DNA of 64,000 bases from Lingula anatina (lineage: Eukaryota; Animalia; Brachiopoda): positions 5,456,001 to 5,520,000 of the forward strand of contig CM120643.1 in assembly GCA_051362555.1 (NCBI GenBank), read 5' to 3'. Shown piece after piece: positions 39,701 to 52,978 of this stretch. The position numbers and the translations under genes were made by a program. The notes under the pieces were generated by a model that ran no database searches, was not told the DNA's origin, and saw only the letters and a list, made by a program, of their open reading frames with translations. The first letter of the stretch is position 1. Each line of letters starts with the position of its first letter.

Positions 39701-42700
39701 AGCTCATTTTACACACTGCAAACACGACCACTTGCATGCAAAATTTATAATTCTTCTATGCAGTAGTTGCCGACATATGGAGAGTTTTTTGACAGAACCA
39801 TGCTTTGCCAAAACCAAGCCTTGACCTGCCCAAAGGAGCACTACCAAATTAAGTCACTGCATATTACATAATGCAGCAGCGCAACAAACCTGGTGTTCAG
39901 TTAATTGGTAGCGACACACCTGACTACACACTTCTCCATTCACATATCTTATATGAGATCGGAGTTTGTGACAAAAGAACGCATTTTCACCTTTGAAACT
40001 GAAATATTCCATATTGAATGTCAAGTCTGTACAAAACGCGCCCAAAACCCAATTTAATCCTGGTAATGCATTTGAAATTTACCAGTGATACATCTTCACA
40101 ACATATTAAGTCTCATGTCCTCTGTTAAGGATATACTTTATAGGTTAATTTTAGTAATGCATCAAAATTTTTTGGCCCAATTTGGCCAAGCACATGGTTG
40201 GTTGTAAAACCAGTACTTGCCCAATGTTGGAAAGCCAACCATTAGCATGGCACCAAGGTTGGCACAACGTATGGTTGCTCTTCAGCAGTAAGTTGTATAC
40301 AGACGTTGGCCAAACATCAGCTAGCCAACCAACCAACATTGGCCAAATGGCATTTGCTCAACCATAGCCTTTGGCCCATCGTCATGCCAATGTTCAATTT
40401 CTCATATTTTGACAGCCAAGGTTGGTTCACTGCCATGTGCCTAACCAATCTACATTGCTCTTCGTCATACTTCCGACATTGTTTAATTCTTTCTATTCCA
40501 AGCATCTCCAACGGCGTCTCCTGCCACTTGTCAGCTGAGACAAGTAAGACGCAGGGAGAATGATGCCGTTCTTACCCAGGAAGGATATGAACGCCTTGAA
40601 ATATGTTGGATTTTCCATCAGTACTTATTGACACTAAAATCATCCATAGATATGGGGTGCACGCAGTGTTAAATTACAAAAAGCAGAGGCACATTAATCC
40701 CACAATGTCATCAACAGCAATTGGGACCACAAATACACAATGAAACGTTTTTACTAACAATAATGATCTACCTTTTAACATTAAAACTTATGATTAATGG
40801 ACATATAAAGCTGAACAAAGACACATTCCATGTCACAGTCTACCAATGCTTATATGTTAAATGCATTACTTACAGCAACACAACTCTCTATAAATCATTG
40901 CTTGGTTTTATTTAAATTCTAAATTTTAAATGATATACCAGTATTTCCCCTACTCCCATGTTTTTAAATGCGCCCATTCAAGTCACAGTTCATTACATGA
41001 TACTAAATTAAATCCTTAATGGCACAGTTTTCCGTTCTGAGAACCCCTAGAAATAAAACACTTAGACATCAAAGATTAAGAACACGCATGTTCCAATCCA
41101 TTTTCAAGGAGTTGTACGAGTATCCTTTGTTCCCAGCAATCTCCTATATAGTTTATTGCTGTCTCCGCAATTACAGTGTAACTAAATACGAGGACAACGT
41201 CGCAATCATGCCTAGACAAACTCTAAGACCAAATTCTGCACCCTTGCCACTTTTGTAACTTAAAATCTTCAAGATATATATATCAAATTTAGAATACAAT
41301 ATTTTCCAGTAGTAATTCTTGTTTTACAATGTTTTTGATGTAAGGGTGAATTATTTTGCATTCACTTTTATAATTTAAAACATTCTTAGCAACTCGTCCT
41401 TGAGTTCAGTTGGCACAGGGGTAAGTTATCGTGTCATTTCTAGCACAATTGCTGGTAGCAACGCACAGCTACCAGTCACTCAAAGGTTTATTCGTGTGCG
41501 TGACAGAATGGTTCGTCTGCAGCCAGCAGCTCAAGAATGACTCTCTATAACCATTGGAATATCATATGTATTTTACCAGTAGGCCACTCTGATTAAAATT
41601 CATGGATGACATCATCTAGAGACCCTAAAACTAATACCAGTGGGCAAAAAATGTTGCTCAAGTGAAAGAATGCACAAGCTGCTGGAGATTACGCAAATAA
41701 AGTAACAGAACGCACAGTATTTAACAAACAAGATATCGTAATTGGCGCTTAGGACACTAAAGAGTCAGTAGTCATCTGCTTTACCTCAGTGTATCAAACT
41801 GAATTTGCCCATCTTCTGTCCACTTAATCCGAACAAAGCAACCCAATCCCTCTCATTCATTTATGTATAAAAAATGTGCATGGTGCCCTGGACAGGACGT
41901 CTTTGGAGCCGTCTTTGTGAAAGTACAGACTTGACATTTATTATGGAATATTTTTTTCCAAATCATTTTTCATTAGTTTTTTTCCTATTTTGCAGACTGA
42001 TATATGAAAATAAGGGTTAAAATCGTGTTTTTATAACTTTTAATTATCTCTTTGATGTCATTGTGGCATCCGTTCATTAATGGAATTCGCCAGAGGAGCA
42101 AACAAAAACACATTGCCTATTCTATGTCATACGACAACCATTAAAAGGGATATTTTGGACCTCCATATTTTCCAAATTATTGTCTGTAAAAGAGTTAAAC
42201 GCTCCACAAAAGACCCTCATGTCAGTGTCTAGTCACAGTAACGGTCGCTGTTACGCCTGACTTCTTCCGGCTGCTACCAGCGCTGTCAAGTGGCAAGGCA
42301 TTCCTTGGGATAGGTTTTTCAAGTTCAATCTGGAATAACTTTCCAGGCATCGGTCAAAATCTGCCCAATTTGGTCCAGTTTTGTTGTAGGACATGTAGGC
42401 CATTGATTCGGAGAGAAATGGCCTACCCACATATTGTCTATGTGGTTCAAATATGGCGATTTCTATGACCAAGGTTGCTGCTCATTCCCTTGGTTCTGTA
42501 AGTAAACTGCTATTAAAAGTGCTCTGTGTGAACCGGCAATCTCACCGTGCAACATAAAATTGTTCTTAAGTTGTCCCCTATCAAATGATAGCCAAGTGGT
42601 TCCCAGATTATTTCTTTATTTGATCTGGTTCAGGTTTTTGTCGATGACTATCATTGGTGTTTTGGCACCAATGTGGTATCCACTCCATATACTGATGCTG

Positions 42701-45700
42701 TTAATGACCTTAGTCACTTAAGACGCGGCACACGCTTCGTCGTTGGCCTCTTCTGGATGTCTGTACACTCTGTTTTGACTGTTGAGTGGTACAGGTGAAA
42801 TCTGACCTCAATAAAGAAAGCCACGAGATTTCAGTGTTCAGCCTAGAAACAGTCAAGGTCTCCAATTCAATAGAGAAACATACAACGATGTTTTGCTGTT
42901 TATAGTGGGTTCCTCGGAGGTCGTCTGGTATTCTAACCTGCTAAAACCAGTTTGGTGTTCGCTAAGGGCATTGAAAAATGCGTTTTGGTGGCAATTTACC
43001 CCTCATTCTGAACAGACTGGGTGGCTTTTGTTTAGTTGCAACAGCATATCCCGAAAGACAATGGGTCCTGTACCCTGGTGGTAAGATTTCAATACATAGG
43101 GTGTGGCCTCTGTGTAGGTACATCAGTCTGGGCATTACTCTATAAAACTGTGCGGACCGTTTCGTTTGGCACAATTATCTGTCTGGCAATGCCTGTCTTT
43201 TTCGTGCCATTCTGCCACAGATTAACAAATTTGTAAAGCACTGCATAGCTCATTTTACACACTGCAAACCCGACCACTTGCATGCAAAATTTATAATTCT
43301 TCTATGCAGTAGTTGCCGACATATGGAGAGTTTTTTGACAGAACCATGCTTTGCCAAAACCGAGCCTTGACCTGCCCAAAGGAGCACTACCAAATTAAAT
43401 CACTGCATATTACATAATGCAGCAGCGCAACAAACCTGGTGTTCAGTTAATTAGTAGCGACACACCTGACTACACACTTCTCCATTCACATATCTTATAT
43501 GAGATCGGAGTTTGTGAAAAAAGAACGCATTTTCACCTAGGCATACCTTCGAAACTGAAATATTCCATATTAAATGTCAAGTCCAACACCCAATTTAATC
43601 CTGGTTTATGCATATGGAATTTACCAGTGATACATCTTCACAACATATTTAAGTCTCATGTCCTCTGTTAAGGATATACTTTATAGGTTAATTTTAGTAA
43701 TGCATCAAAATTTTCTAGCCCAACTTTGGCCAAGCACATGGTTGGTTGTAAAATCAGTACTTGCCCAATGCTGGAAAGCCAACCATTAGCATGGCACCAA
43801 GGTTGACACAACGTATGGTTGCTCTTCAGCAGTAAGTTGCATACAGACGTTGGCCAAACATCAGCTAGCCAACATTGGCCAAATGGCATTTGCTCAACCA
43901 TAGCCTTTGGCCCAACGTCATGCCAATGTTCAATTTCTAATATTTTGACAGCCAAGGTTGGCTCACTGCCATGTGCCCAACCAATCTTCATTGCTCTTCG
44001 TCATACTTCCGACATTGTTTAATTCTCTCTATTCCAAGCCTCCCCCATGGCGTCTCCTGCCACTTGTCAGCTGAGCCAGGTAAGACGCAGGGAGAATGAT
44101 GCCGTTCTTACCCAGGAAGGGTATGAACGCCTTGAAATATGTTGGATTTTCCATCAGTACTTATTGACACTAAAATCATCCATAGATATGGGGTGCACGC
44201 AGTGTTAAATTACAAAAAGCAGAGGCACATTAATCCCACAATGTCATCAACAGCAATTGGGACCACAAATACACAATGAAACGTTTTTACTTACAATAAT
44301 GATCTACCTTTTAACATTAAAACTTATGATTAATGGACATATAAAGCTGAACAAAGACACATTCCATGTCACATTCTACCAATGCTTATATGTTAAATGC
44401 ATTACTTACAGCAACACAACTCTCTATAAATCATTGCTTGGTTTTATTTAAATTCTAAATTTTAAATGATATACCAGTATTTCCCCTACTCCCATGTTTT
44501 TAAATGCGCCCATTCAAGTCACAGTTCATTACATGATACTAAATTAAATCCTTAATGGCACAGTTTTCCGTTCTGAGAACCCCTAGAAATAAAACACTTA
44601 GACATCAAAGATTAAGAACACGCATGTTCCAATCCATTTTCAAGGAGTTGTACGAGTATCCTTTGTTCCCAGCAATCTCCTATATAGTTTATTGCTGTCT
44701 CCGCAATTACAGTGTAACTAAATACGAGGACAACGTCGCAATCATGCCTAGACAAACTCTAAGACCAAATTCTGCACCCTTGCCACTTTTGTAACTTAAA
44801 ATCTTCAAGATATATATATCAAATTTAGAATACAATATTTTCCAGTAGTAATTCTTGTTTTACAATGTTTTTGATGTAAGGGTGAATTATTTTGCATTCA
44901 CTTTTATAATTTAAAACATTCTTAGCAACTCGTCCTTGAGTTCAGTTGGCACAGGGGTAAGTTATCGTGTCATTTCTAGCACAATTGCTGGTAGCAACGC
45001 ACAGCTACCAGTCACTCAAAGGTTTATTCGTGTGCGTCACAGAATGGTTCGTCTGCAGCCAGCAGCTCAAGAATGACTCTCTATAACCATTGGAATATCA
45101 TATGTATTTTACCAGTAGGCCACTCTGATTAAAATTCATGGATGACATCATCTAGAGACCCTAAAACTAATACCAGTGGGCAAAAAAATGTTGCTCAAGT
45201 GAAAGAATGCACAAGCTGCTGGAGATTACGCAAATAAAGTAACAGAACGCACAGTATTTAACAAACAAGATATCGTAATTGGCGCTTAGGACACTAAAGA
45301 GTCAGTAGTCATCTGCTTTACCTCAGTGTATCAAACTGAATTTGCCCATCTTCTGTCCACTAAATCCGAACAAAGCAACCCAATCCCTCTCATTCCCGTC
45401 ATTTATGAATAAAAAATGTGCATGGTGCCCTGGACAGGACGTCTTTGGAGCCGTCTCAGTGAAAGTACACACTTGACATTTAATATGGAATATTTTTTTC
45501 CAAATCATTTTTCATCATTTTTTTCCTGTTTAGCTGACTGATAAATTAAAATAAGGATTAAATTCGTGTTTTTATAACTTTTAATTATCTCTTTGATGTC
45601 ACTGTGGCATCATTTCATTAATGGAATTCGCCAGAGGAGCAAACAAAAACACATTGCCTATTCTATGTCATACGACAACCATTAAAAGGGATATTTTGGA

Positions 45701-47941
45701 CCTCCAGATTTTCCAAATTATTGTCTGTAAAAGAGTTAAACGCTCCACAAAGGACCCTCATGTCAGTGTCTAGTCACAGTAACGGTCGCTGTTACGCCTG
45801 ACTTCTTCCGGCTGCTACCAGCGCTGTCAAGTGGCAAGGCATTCCTTGGGATAGGTTTTTCAAGTTTAATCTGGAATAACTTTCCAGACATCGGTCAAAA
45901 TCTGTCCAATTTGGTCCAGTTTTGTTGTAGGACGTGTAGTCCATTGATTCAGAGAGAAATGGCCTACCCACATATTGTCTATGTGGTTCAAATATGGCGA
46001 TTTTTATGACCAAGGTAGCTGCTCATTCCCTTGGTTCTGTAAGTAAACTGCTATTAAAAGTGCTCTGTGTGAACCGGCAATCTTACCGTGCAACATAAAA
46101 TTGTTCTTTAGTTGTCCCCTATCAAATGTTAGCCAAGTGGTTCCCAGATTATTTCTTTATTTGATCTGGTTCAGGTTTTCGTCGATAACTACCATTGGTG
46201 TTTTGGCACCAATGTGGTATCCACTCCATATACTGACGCTGTTAATGACCTTAGTCACTTAAGACGCGGCACACGCTTCGTCGTTGGCCTCTTCTGGATG
46301 TCTGTAAACTCTGTTTTGACTGTTGAGTGGTACAGGTGAAATCTGACCTCAATAAAGAAAGCCACGAGATTTCAGTGTTCAGCCCAGAAACAGTCAAGGT
46401 CTCCAATTCAATAGAGAAACATACAACGATGTTTTGCTGTTTATAGTGGGTTCCTCGGAGGTCGTCTGGTATTCTAACCTGCTAAAACCAGTTTGGTGTT
46501 CGCTAAGGGCCTTGAAAAATGCGTTTTGGTGGCAATTTACTCCTCATTCTGAACAGACTGGCTGGTTTTTGTTTAGTTGCAACAGCATATCCCGAAAGAC
46601 AGTGGGTCCTGTACCATGGTGGTAAGATTTCAATACATAGGGTGTGGCCTCTGTGTAGGTACATCAGTCTGGGCATTACTCTATAAAACTGTGCAGACCG
46701 TTTCGTTTGGCACAATTATCTGTCTGGCAATGCCTGTCTTTTTCGTGCCATTCTGCCACAGATTATCAAATTTGTAAAGCACTGCATAGCTCATTTTACA
46801 CACTGCAAACACGACCACTTGCATGCAAAATTTATAATTCTTCTATGCAGTAGTTGCCGACATATGGAGAGTTTTTTGACAGAACCATGCTTTGCCAAAA
46901 CCAAGCCTTGACCTGCCCAAAGGAGCACTACCAAATTAAGTCACTGCATATTACATAATGCAGCAGCGCAACAAACCTGGTGTTCAGTTAATTAGTAGCG
47001 ACACACCTGACTACACACTTCTCCATTCACATATCTTATATGAGATCGGAGTTTGTGAAAAAAGAACGCATTTTCACCTTCGAAACTGAAATATTCCATA
47101 TTAAATGTCAAGTCTGTACAAAACGCGCCCAAAACCCAATTTAATCCTGGTAATGCATTTGAAATTTACCAGTGATACATCTTCACAACATATTAAGTCT
47201 CATGTCCTCTGTTAAGGATATACTTTATAGGTTAATTTTAGTAATGCATCAAAATTTTTTGGCCCAACTTTGGCCAAGCACATGGTTGGTTGTAAAACCA
47301 GTACTTGCCCAATGTTGGAAAGCCAACCATTAGCATGGCACCAAGGTTGGCACAACGTATGGCTGCTCTTCAGCAGTAAGTTGTATACAGACGTTGGCCA
47401 AACATCAGCTAGCCAACCAGCCAACATTGGCCAAATGGCATTTGCTCAACCATAGCCTTTGGCCCATCGTCATGCCAATGTTCAATTTCTCATATTTTGA
47501 CAGCCAAGGTTGGTTCACTGCCATGTGCCCAACCAATCTACATTGCTCTTCGTCATACTTCCGACATTGTTTAATTCTTTCTATTCCAATCATCTCCCAT
47601 GGCGTCTCCTGCCACTTGTCAGCTGAGACAAGTAAGACGCAGGGAGAATGATGCCGTTCTTACCCAGGAAGGGTATGAACGCTTTGATATATGTTGGATT
47701 TTCCATCAGTACTTATTGACACTAAAATCATCCATAGATATGGGGTGCACGCAGTGTTAAATTACAAAAAGCAGAGGCACATTAATCCCACAATGTCATC
47801 AACATCAATTGGAACCACAAAAACACAATGAAACGTTTTTATTCACAATAATGATCTACTTTTTAACATTAAAACTTATGATTAATGGACATATAAAGCT
47901 GAACAAAGACATAATCCGTGTCACAGTGTACCAATGCTTAT

Positions 47942-49975
47942 CGGCTGTTTCACAATCAGGGGTACATAATAGGGGTCACATTGAGAGAAAAATGAACTCT
48001 GATGCATTTGTTTAATTTTGTAACAGATAAAAAGAATAACATCTTATAACTATGATATCCACAATTTTAGAACACAATATTAATTACTTTTTGTGCTACG
48101 CTCAAATTAACAGAACGCCCCTTAGACAATGATCTGGGGGTACGGACACTACACATTCAAGTAACTGATGCTTTTGACTGAAATATTTTATTGTTTACCA
48201 GTTATTTTTGCCAGAATTCTAAAAAAAATCAAACTAAAGATATAACAGCAGTACTTTAACCAAAAGGATACAAGTACTGTTTTTTAGAGAAACACCACAG
48301 CACGTTTTTCAGTGGATGCTGGAGCTTGGTTGTGTGTCATTCAGTTTGACTTTCATTCACCAGACTTTAATTTAAACTTTACTTTCTGTTGCTTGACCTT
48401 TTTTATTTATTATTATTTTTTTTTTCAGTCTTGATTTCTGTTTTTGGAGTCTTTTATTCTTTTTCATCTCTCGTTAATTTGCACCTCTTGTTCTACTGTT
48501 TTCAGGATTGTTGGTTTTCTGCTTCTCTTTGACTCTCTGTCAGTATGCCCTAATTTATTCTCTTTACTTTAGACTTTCTTGCTGGGCCAGCCTAGGATGA
48601 TTCTTCATTTTTTTGCTTCTCTGCTATGTTACGTGCATTCAACGTCTTCCTTACGTGCTTCAGCAATATTATCTCTACGGATATTAGTTCTTTGACGTCT
48701 TTCTTTCAAATTATTTTTTGCTGACAGTAAAATTTGCAGGATCCCTTTTTCTTTTCCTATTTGGCTTTTTGTTTATTGTCATCCATATTTGATACTTCAT
48801 TCACTGAGAGAGTAATAAATGTACTGTTAATTATGCATGTATTGAAGTGTTCGTACCGCCTCAAAATACATCATATACATTAATCCATAGAATATTAATC
48901 CATATACAGTTTATTTTTTGCAATTAGCTATATTTTGCAATATATTCAAACCAATATTGTTCATTTTGAATGCAAAGTGTAGCATCTTTACTAATATTAT
49001 TTCTTTGCAAAATCTCTTGCCTGACTCTAATTAATCAGTATCACTTTATCGAATATTTATTTATATACAATGTTTTTTCTAAACATCATAAGACATGAAT
49101 GCATTTTATATAGTCTAAAACAATATTTTGTACCATATTTTGAAGTTTTATCATCATTGTTAAGTAGCCAGTTATCCATTGGTTAATGTATAACTTGGGG
49201 GTACGAACACTACAGTAGGGGTACGGACACTACATTTGGCACCAAATTCTTGCATATCTTTTCATAAAAAGGGGTTATGTGCTATTTTCTTCCTGCAAAA
49301 TAAATGTCAGTGTAGACATTATAGAATAATAAAATCAGACAGAATATGCTGTGATTCCTAAATAAAACAGATAGGGGGTACGGACACTACAAAAAGTAGG
49401 AGACACCAAGGGGCTCATGATTATAAACACCATATCATTAATAATAATGGTTATATATGCACAGCTCCTTTATTATGTTTAAGTCATAACATGGTAAATT
49501 CATCTTATTATCATGTAGGTGATTTCAAAGTAATATTTGGCCTTATCAAATATGATTTTCATTGCATTAACAAAAATAAGTAAAATGTGTATCAAAGCCC
49601 GTTTCTGCAAAATGGTAAAAAATTTTTTTCTCAGAACATATCTTTGGAAGAACCTGCTAGAAGAGAAGACAGATGTTGTGGGAATTATATACCAATATCA
49701 TATTCACCATAAATCATGACATAAAGAGCTAGTGCATCATCTTTATGACCTTAATTGCAAATGACCCACCGTAACAGCTAAAAATAGGTACTTTTTGAAC
49801 ACATGATTGGCTATATTTTTGTAAATTGTAATCCGGTTATTATAATTCTTTTTTTATTTTGCTCCTATGAACAGTGTCTTTGATATTAGTCTATCAGCAA
49901 TCTCCAATCAGAAATTGTTAATTTATCAGACACTTTAACCACATTTAATCGTTCACCCTGATTGTGAAACAGCCG
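47942..49975. mobile_element. Non-autonomous TIR DNA transposon (2034 bp) in the terminal monomer, superfamily uncertain
   Basis: Perfect 20-bp TIRs cggctgtttcacaatcaggg (47942-47961) and ccctgattgtgaaacagccg (49956-49975). TTAT is duplicated (47938-47941, 49976-49979). The empty site ccaatgcttatatgtta is present in the other monomers. No long ORF. Confidence 0.93.
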
Positions 49976-50297
49976 TTATATGTTAAGTGCATTACTTACA
50001 GCAACACAACTCTCTATAAATCATTGCTTGGTTTTATTTAAATTCTAAATTTTAAATGATATACCAGTAATTCCCCTACTACCATGTTTTTAAATGCACC
50101 CATTCAAGTCACAGTTCATTACATGATACTTAATTAAATCCTTAATGGCACAGTTTTCCGTTCTGAGATCCCCTAGAAATAAAACACTTAGACATCAAAG
50201 ATTAAGAACACGCATGTTCCAATCCATTTTCAAGGAGTTGTACGAGTATCCTTTGTTCCCAGCAATCTCCTATATAGTTTATTGCTGTCTCCGCAAT

Positions 50298-51131
50298 AAT
50301 TTAAAGACACATGGCTTTGTATAATAAAATTTCTTAATATATTTCTGCCTAATCGTGTTGTAGTGAGGGCATTTTAAGGATAAAATGAAATTCATCCTCT
50401 ACATCGTTTAAATTGCATAACAGATTCTTAATTTCTTATTTGTGTCTGTGTATCGGCCAGTCTCTACAGCTAGATTATGTGATGAAAGCCTAAATTTTGC
50501 GATAAATTCCTTATTTTTCTGTGAAATTGGCTTATGCAAGTAAAATTGCACTGTGAAATTATCAACAAGGTGTTGATACAGAAGCCCTTTACTCGCTGTG
50601 AATATTTCTCCTGTCAGTACTTGTCTAAATTGATCCTTCAATCTTTGTCCTATCAAGGACAGTATACAAACATCCATGTTTTCATAAAAAGTAAATGACA
50701 GACCCATTAATTCAAGGTCATTCCGTATACAATTTATCCACTCAAAATTATTGTTAAGGATATCTTTATAGCATGTTTGTATAATACAGTTTTTTGAAGA
50801 GCGGATTTTCAGCCAATATAGAAAAATTCTTAGTTTTCTACCTAAAATAAGTGGATATCGCCCGGTTTCATAATATACTAAGTTATTACTAGTGCTTCTT
50901 TTAACACCCAGCATTCTTTTAAAAAATCGGTATGCACCTTTCTTATATCCTTCGCCTTATTGAATCCCCATATTTCTGATGCATAATTTAAAATACTACC
51001 AACGTACGTATCAAATACTGCACACCTGGTGGGCACATTAAAGTGATGGTTTTTTAACATGCTGCTAATAGCAAATAATGCTTTTTTACCCTGTTCTGCT
51101 ATATGTTTTTGGATTTGACAAAACTTACCAT
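50298..51131 (-). pseudogene. Non-LTR retrotransposon ORF2 C-terminal fragment (RTEX- or CR1/L2-like), truncated at both ends
   Basis: Frameshifted ORFs 50878-51135 and 50408-50914 give FDTYVGSILNYASEIWGF, LGVKRSTSNNLVYYETGRYPL and FRLSSHNLAVETGRY, followed in another frame by DVEDEFHFILKC (zinc-knuckle-like tail). Confidence 0.85.
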
Positions 51132-52576
51132 TCAAAGGTTTATTCGTGTGCGTGACAGAATGGTTCGTCTACAGCCTGCAGTTCAAGAATGACTCTCTTT
51201 AACCATTGGAGTATAATATGTATTTTAACAGTAGGCCACACTGATTTAATTTCATGGATGGCATCATCTAGAGACCCTAAAACTACAGACTTGAAATTTA
51301 ATATGAATTGTTTTTTCCAAATCATTTTTCATTAGTTTTTTCCTATTTTGCTCACTGATAAATGAAAATAAGGATTAAAATAGTGTTTTAATAAATTTTA
51401 ATTATATCTCTGTCACTGTGACATAATTTCATTAACTGAATTCGCCAGTGAAGCAAACAAAAATACATCAACTATTCTTTGTCATGCGACAACCATTAAA
51501 AACGATATTTTGGATCTCCATATTTTCCTTATTATCGTCTGTAAAAGAGTTAGACGCCTCACAAAGGAGCCTCACGTCAGTGTTTAGTCACAGTAACGGT
51601 CACTGTTATGCCCGACCTCTCCTGGCTGCTGCCAGGGCTCTCAAGCGGCAAGACAATTCTTGGGATAGGTTTTTTAGCATTCAATATGGAATAACATACC
51701 AGGCATCGGTCAAAACTTGTCCAATTTGGTCCAGTTTTGTTGTAGGACATGTAGGCCGTTGTTTTAGCGAGTAATGGCCTACCCACATGTTGTCTATGTG
51801 GTTCAAATATGGCGATTTGTGATGACCAAGGTAGCTGCTCATTCCCTTGGTTCTGTAAATTATCTGATATTACAAGTGCTCTGTGTGAACCGGCGATCTC
51901 ACCATGGAACCTAAAATTGTTCCTAAGGTGCCCCCTGTCAAATGATAGTCAAATGGTTCCCATATTATTCCTTCATTTGATCTGGTTTTTTATCGATGAC
52001 TACCATTGGTGTTTTGGCACCAATGTGGTATCCACTCCAAATACCGACGCTGTCAATGACCCTAGTCACTTTAGACGCGACAGACGCTTCGCCGTAGAAC
52101 TTTTCTGGATGTCGTAAACTCTGTTTTGACTGAGCGGTACAGGTGAAATCTGACCTCATTAAAGAAAGCCACGCGGTTTCAGTGTTCTACCCAGAAACGG
52201 TAATGGTCCCAATTCATTAGAGTAACAGTCGACGATGTTTTGCTGTTTACTGTTGATTCCTCGGAGGTCGTCTTGTATTCTAACCTGCTAAGACCAGTTT
52301 GGTGTTCGCTAAAGGCCCTTAAAAACGTGTTTTGGTGGCATTTTACCCCTCATTCTGAACGGACTGGGTGGTTTTTGTTTAGTTGCAGCAGCATATCCCG
52401 AAAGACAGCGAGTCCTGTACCCTGGTGGTAAGATTTCGATACACTGGGCGAGACCTCAGTCTAGGTACATCAGTCTGGGCAATATTCCTCTATAAAACTG
52501 TGCGGACCGTTCCGTTTGGCGCAATAATCTGTCTGGCAATGTCTGTCTTTTTCGCTGCATTCTGCCACAGATTAAC
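51132..52576. repeat. Diverged fossil monomer, left part, including a decayed Tc1 from 51286
   Basis: Homologous to monomer 2407-2560 and then 2859-~4160, far more diverged (roughly 15% by eye) than array copies are from each other. Confidence 0.9.
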
Positions 52577-52644
52577 AATTCCACATCACCGTCTAGTGAC
52601 GTAATAGGCTCCACATGAGAGATGCGCGCGCAGCTCAGCGTCAT
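52577..52644. repeat. DIRS left inverted terminal repeat
   Basis: 52612-52644 is the exact reverse complement of 57584-57616; the outer part matches 57617-57649 imperfectly. Confidence 0.93.
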
Positions 52645-52978
52645 TCATTGCGCCGTTTCTCAGCGAAGCGTACGCGGATTTACAAGCTGCATGAAATTAA
52701 TATTTCTGCAGTGTTTTGAGTTTTTTGCTGACATACTGTTAATACAGTGATGTGTGTTTTAATACACACTGATACATATTTATCGCAATAAATGCACGAA
52801 ATCGTGCTAACTACTGTTTTCATGTGTTGGGATTAGCGTTTCAGACTGTTACAAGCACTGTTCTGTGGCTACATCTGCGCACATTGCTACTGCGCTTCAA
52901 TTTATATGCGCACAAGTGTACTGCGCAATAAAAGTATATTAAGCGTGGTAAAAGTTTTATACAGTGACACCGATAAAA

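Larger units (their letters stand above)
1..50297. repeat. Head-to-tail tandem array (macrosatellite) of ~3.55-kb monomers, ~13.6 copies, open at the left edge
   Basis: The same marker sequence recurs at 1946, 5502, 9058, 12614, 16170, 19723, 23268, 26821, 30366, 33917, 37468, 41019, 44555 and 50146. Periods are 3556 x4, 3553, 3545, 3553, 3545, 3551 x3, 3536, then 3553 after removing a 2038-bp insertion. Homology stops after ...ctccgcaat at 50297. Confidence 0.98.

Noticed and set aside
86-48015. Recurring 60-107-aa ORFs as a tandem gene family
   Set aside because: They overlap on both strands, often start at non-ATG codons, show no domains and are broken in some copies. Several are off-frame or antisense readings of the dead transposase.
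1-50297. rDNA, 5S, tRNA, histone or U1/U2/U6 tandem cluster
   Set aside because: No recognisable sequence of these genes on either strand by eye. A covariance-model search was not possible.
1-50297. CRISPR array or prokaryotic locus
   Set aside because: No short repeat with unique spacers and no cas-like or dense ORFs; the content is eukaryotic transposons and microsatellites.
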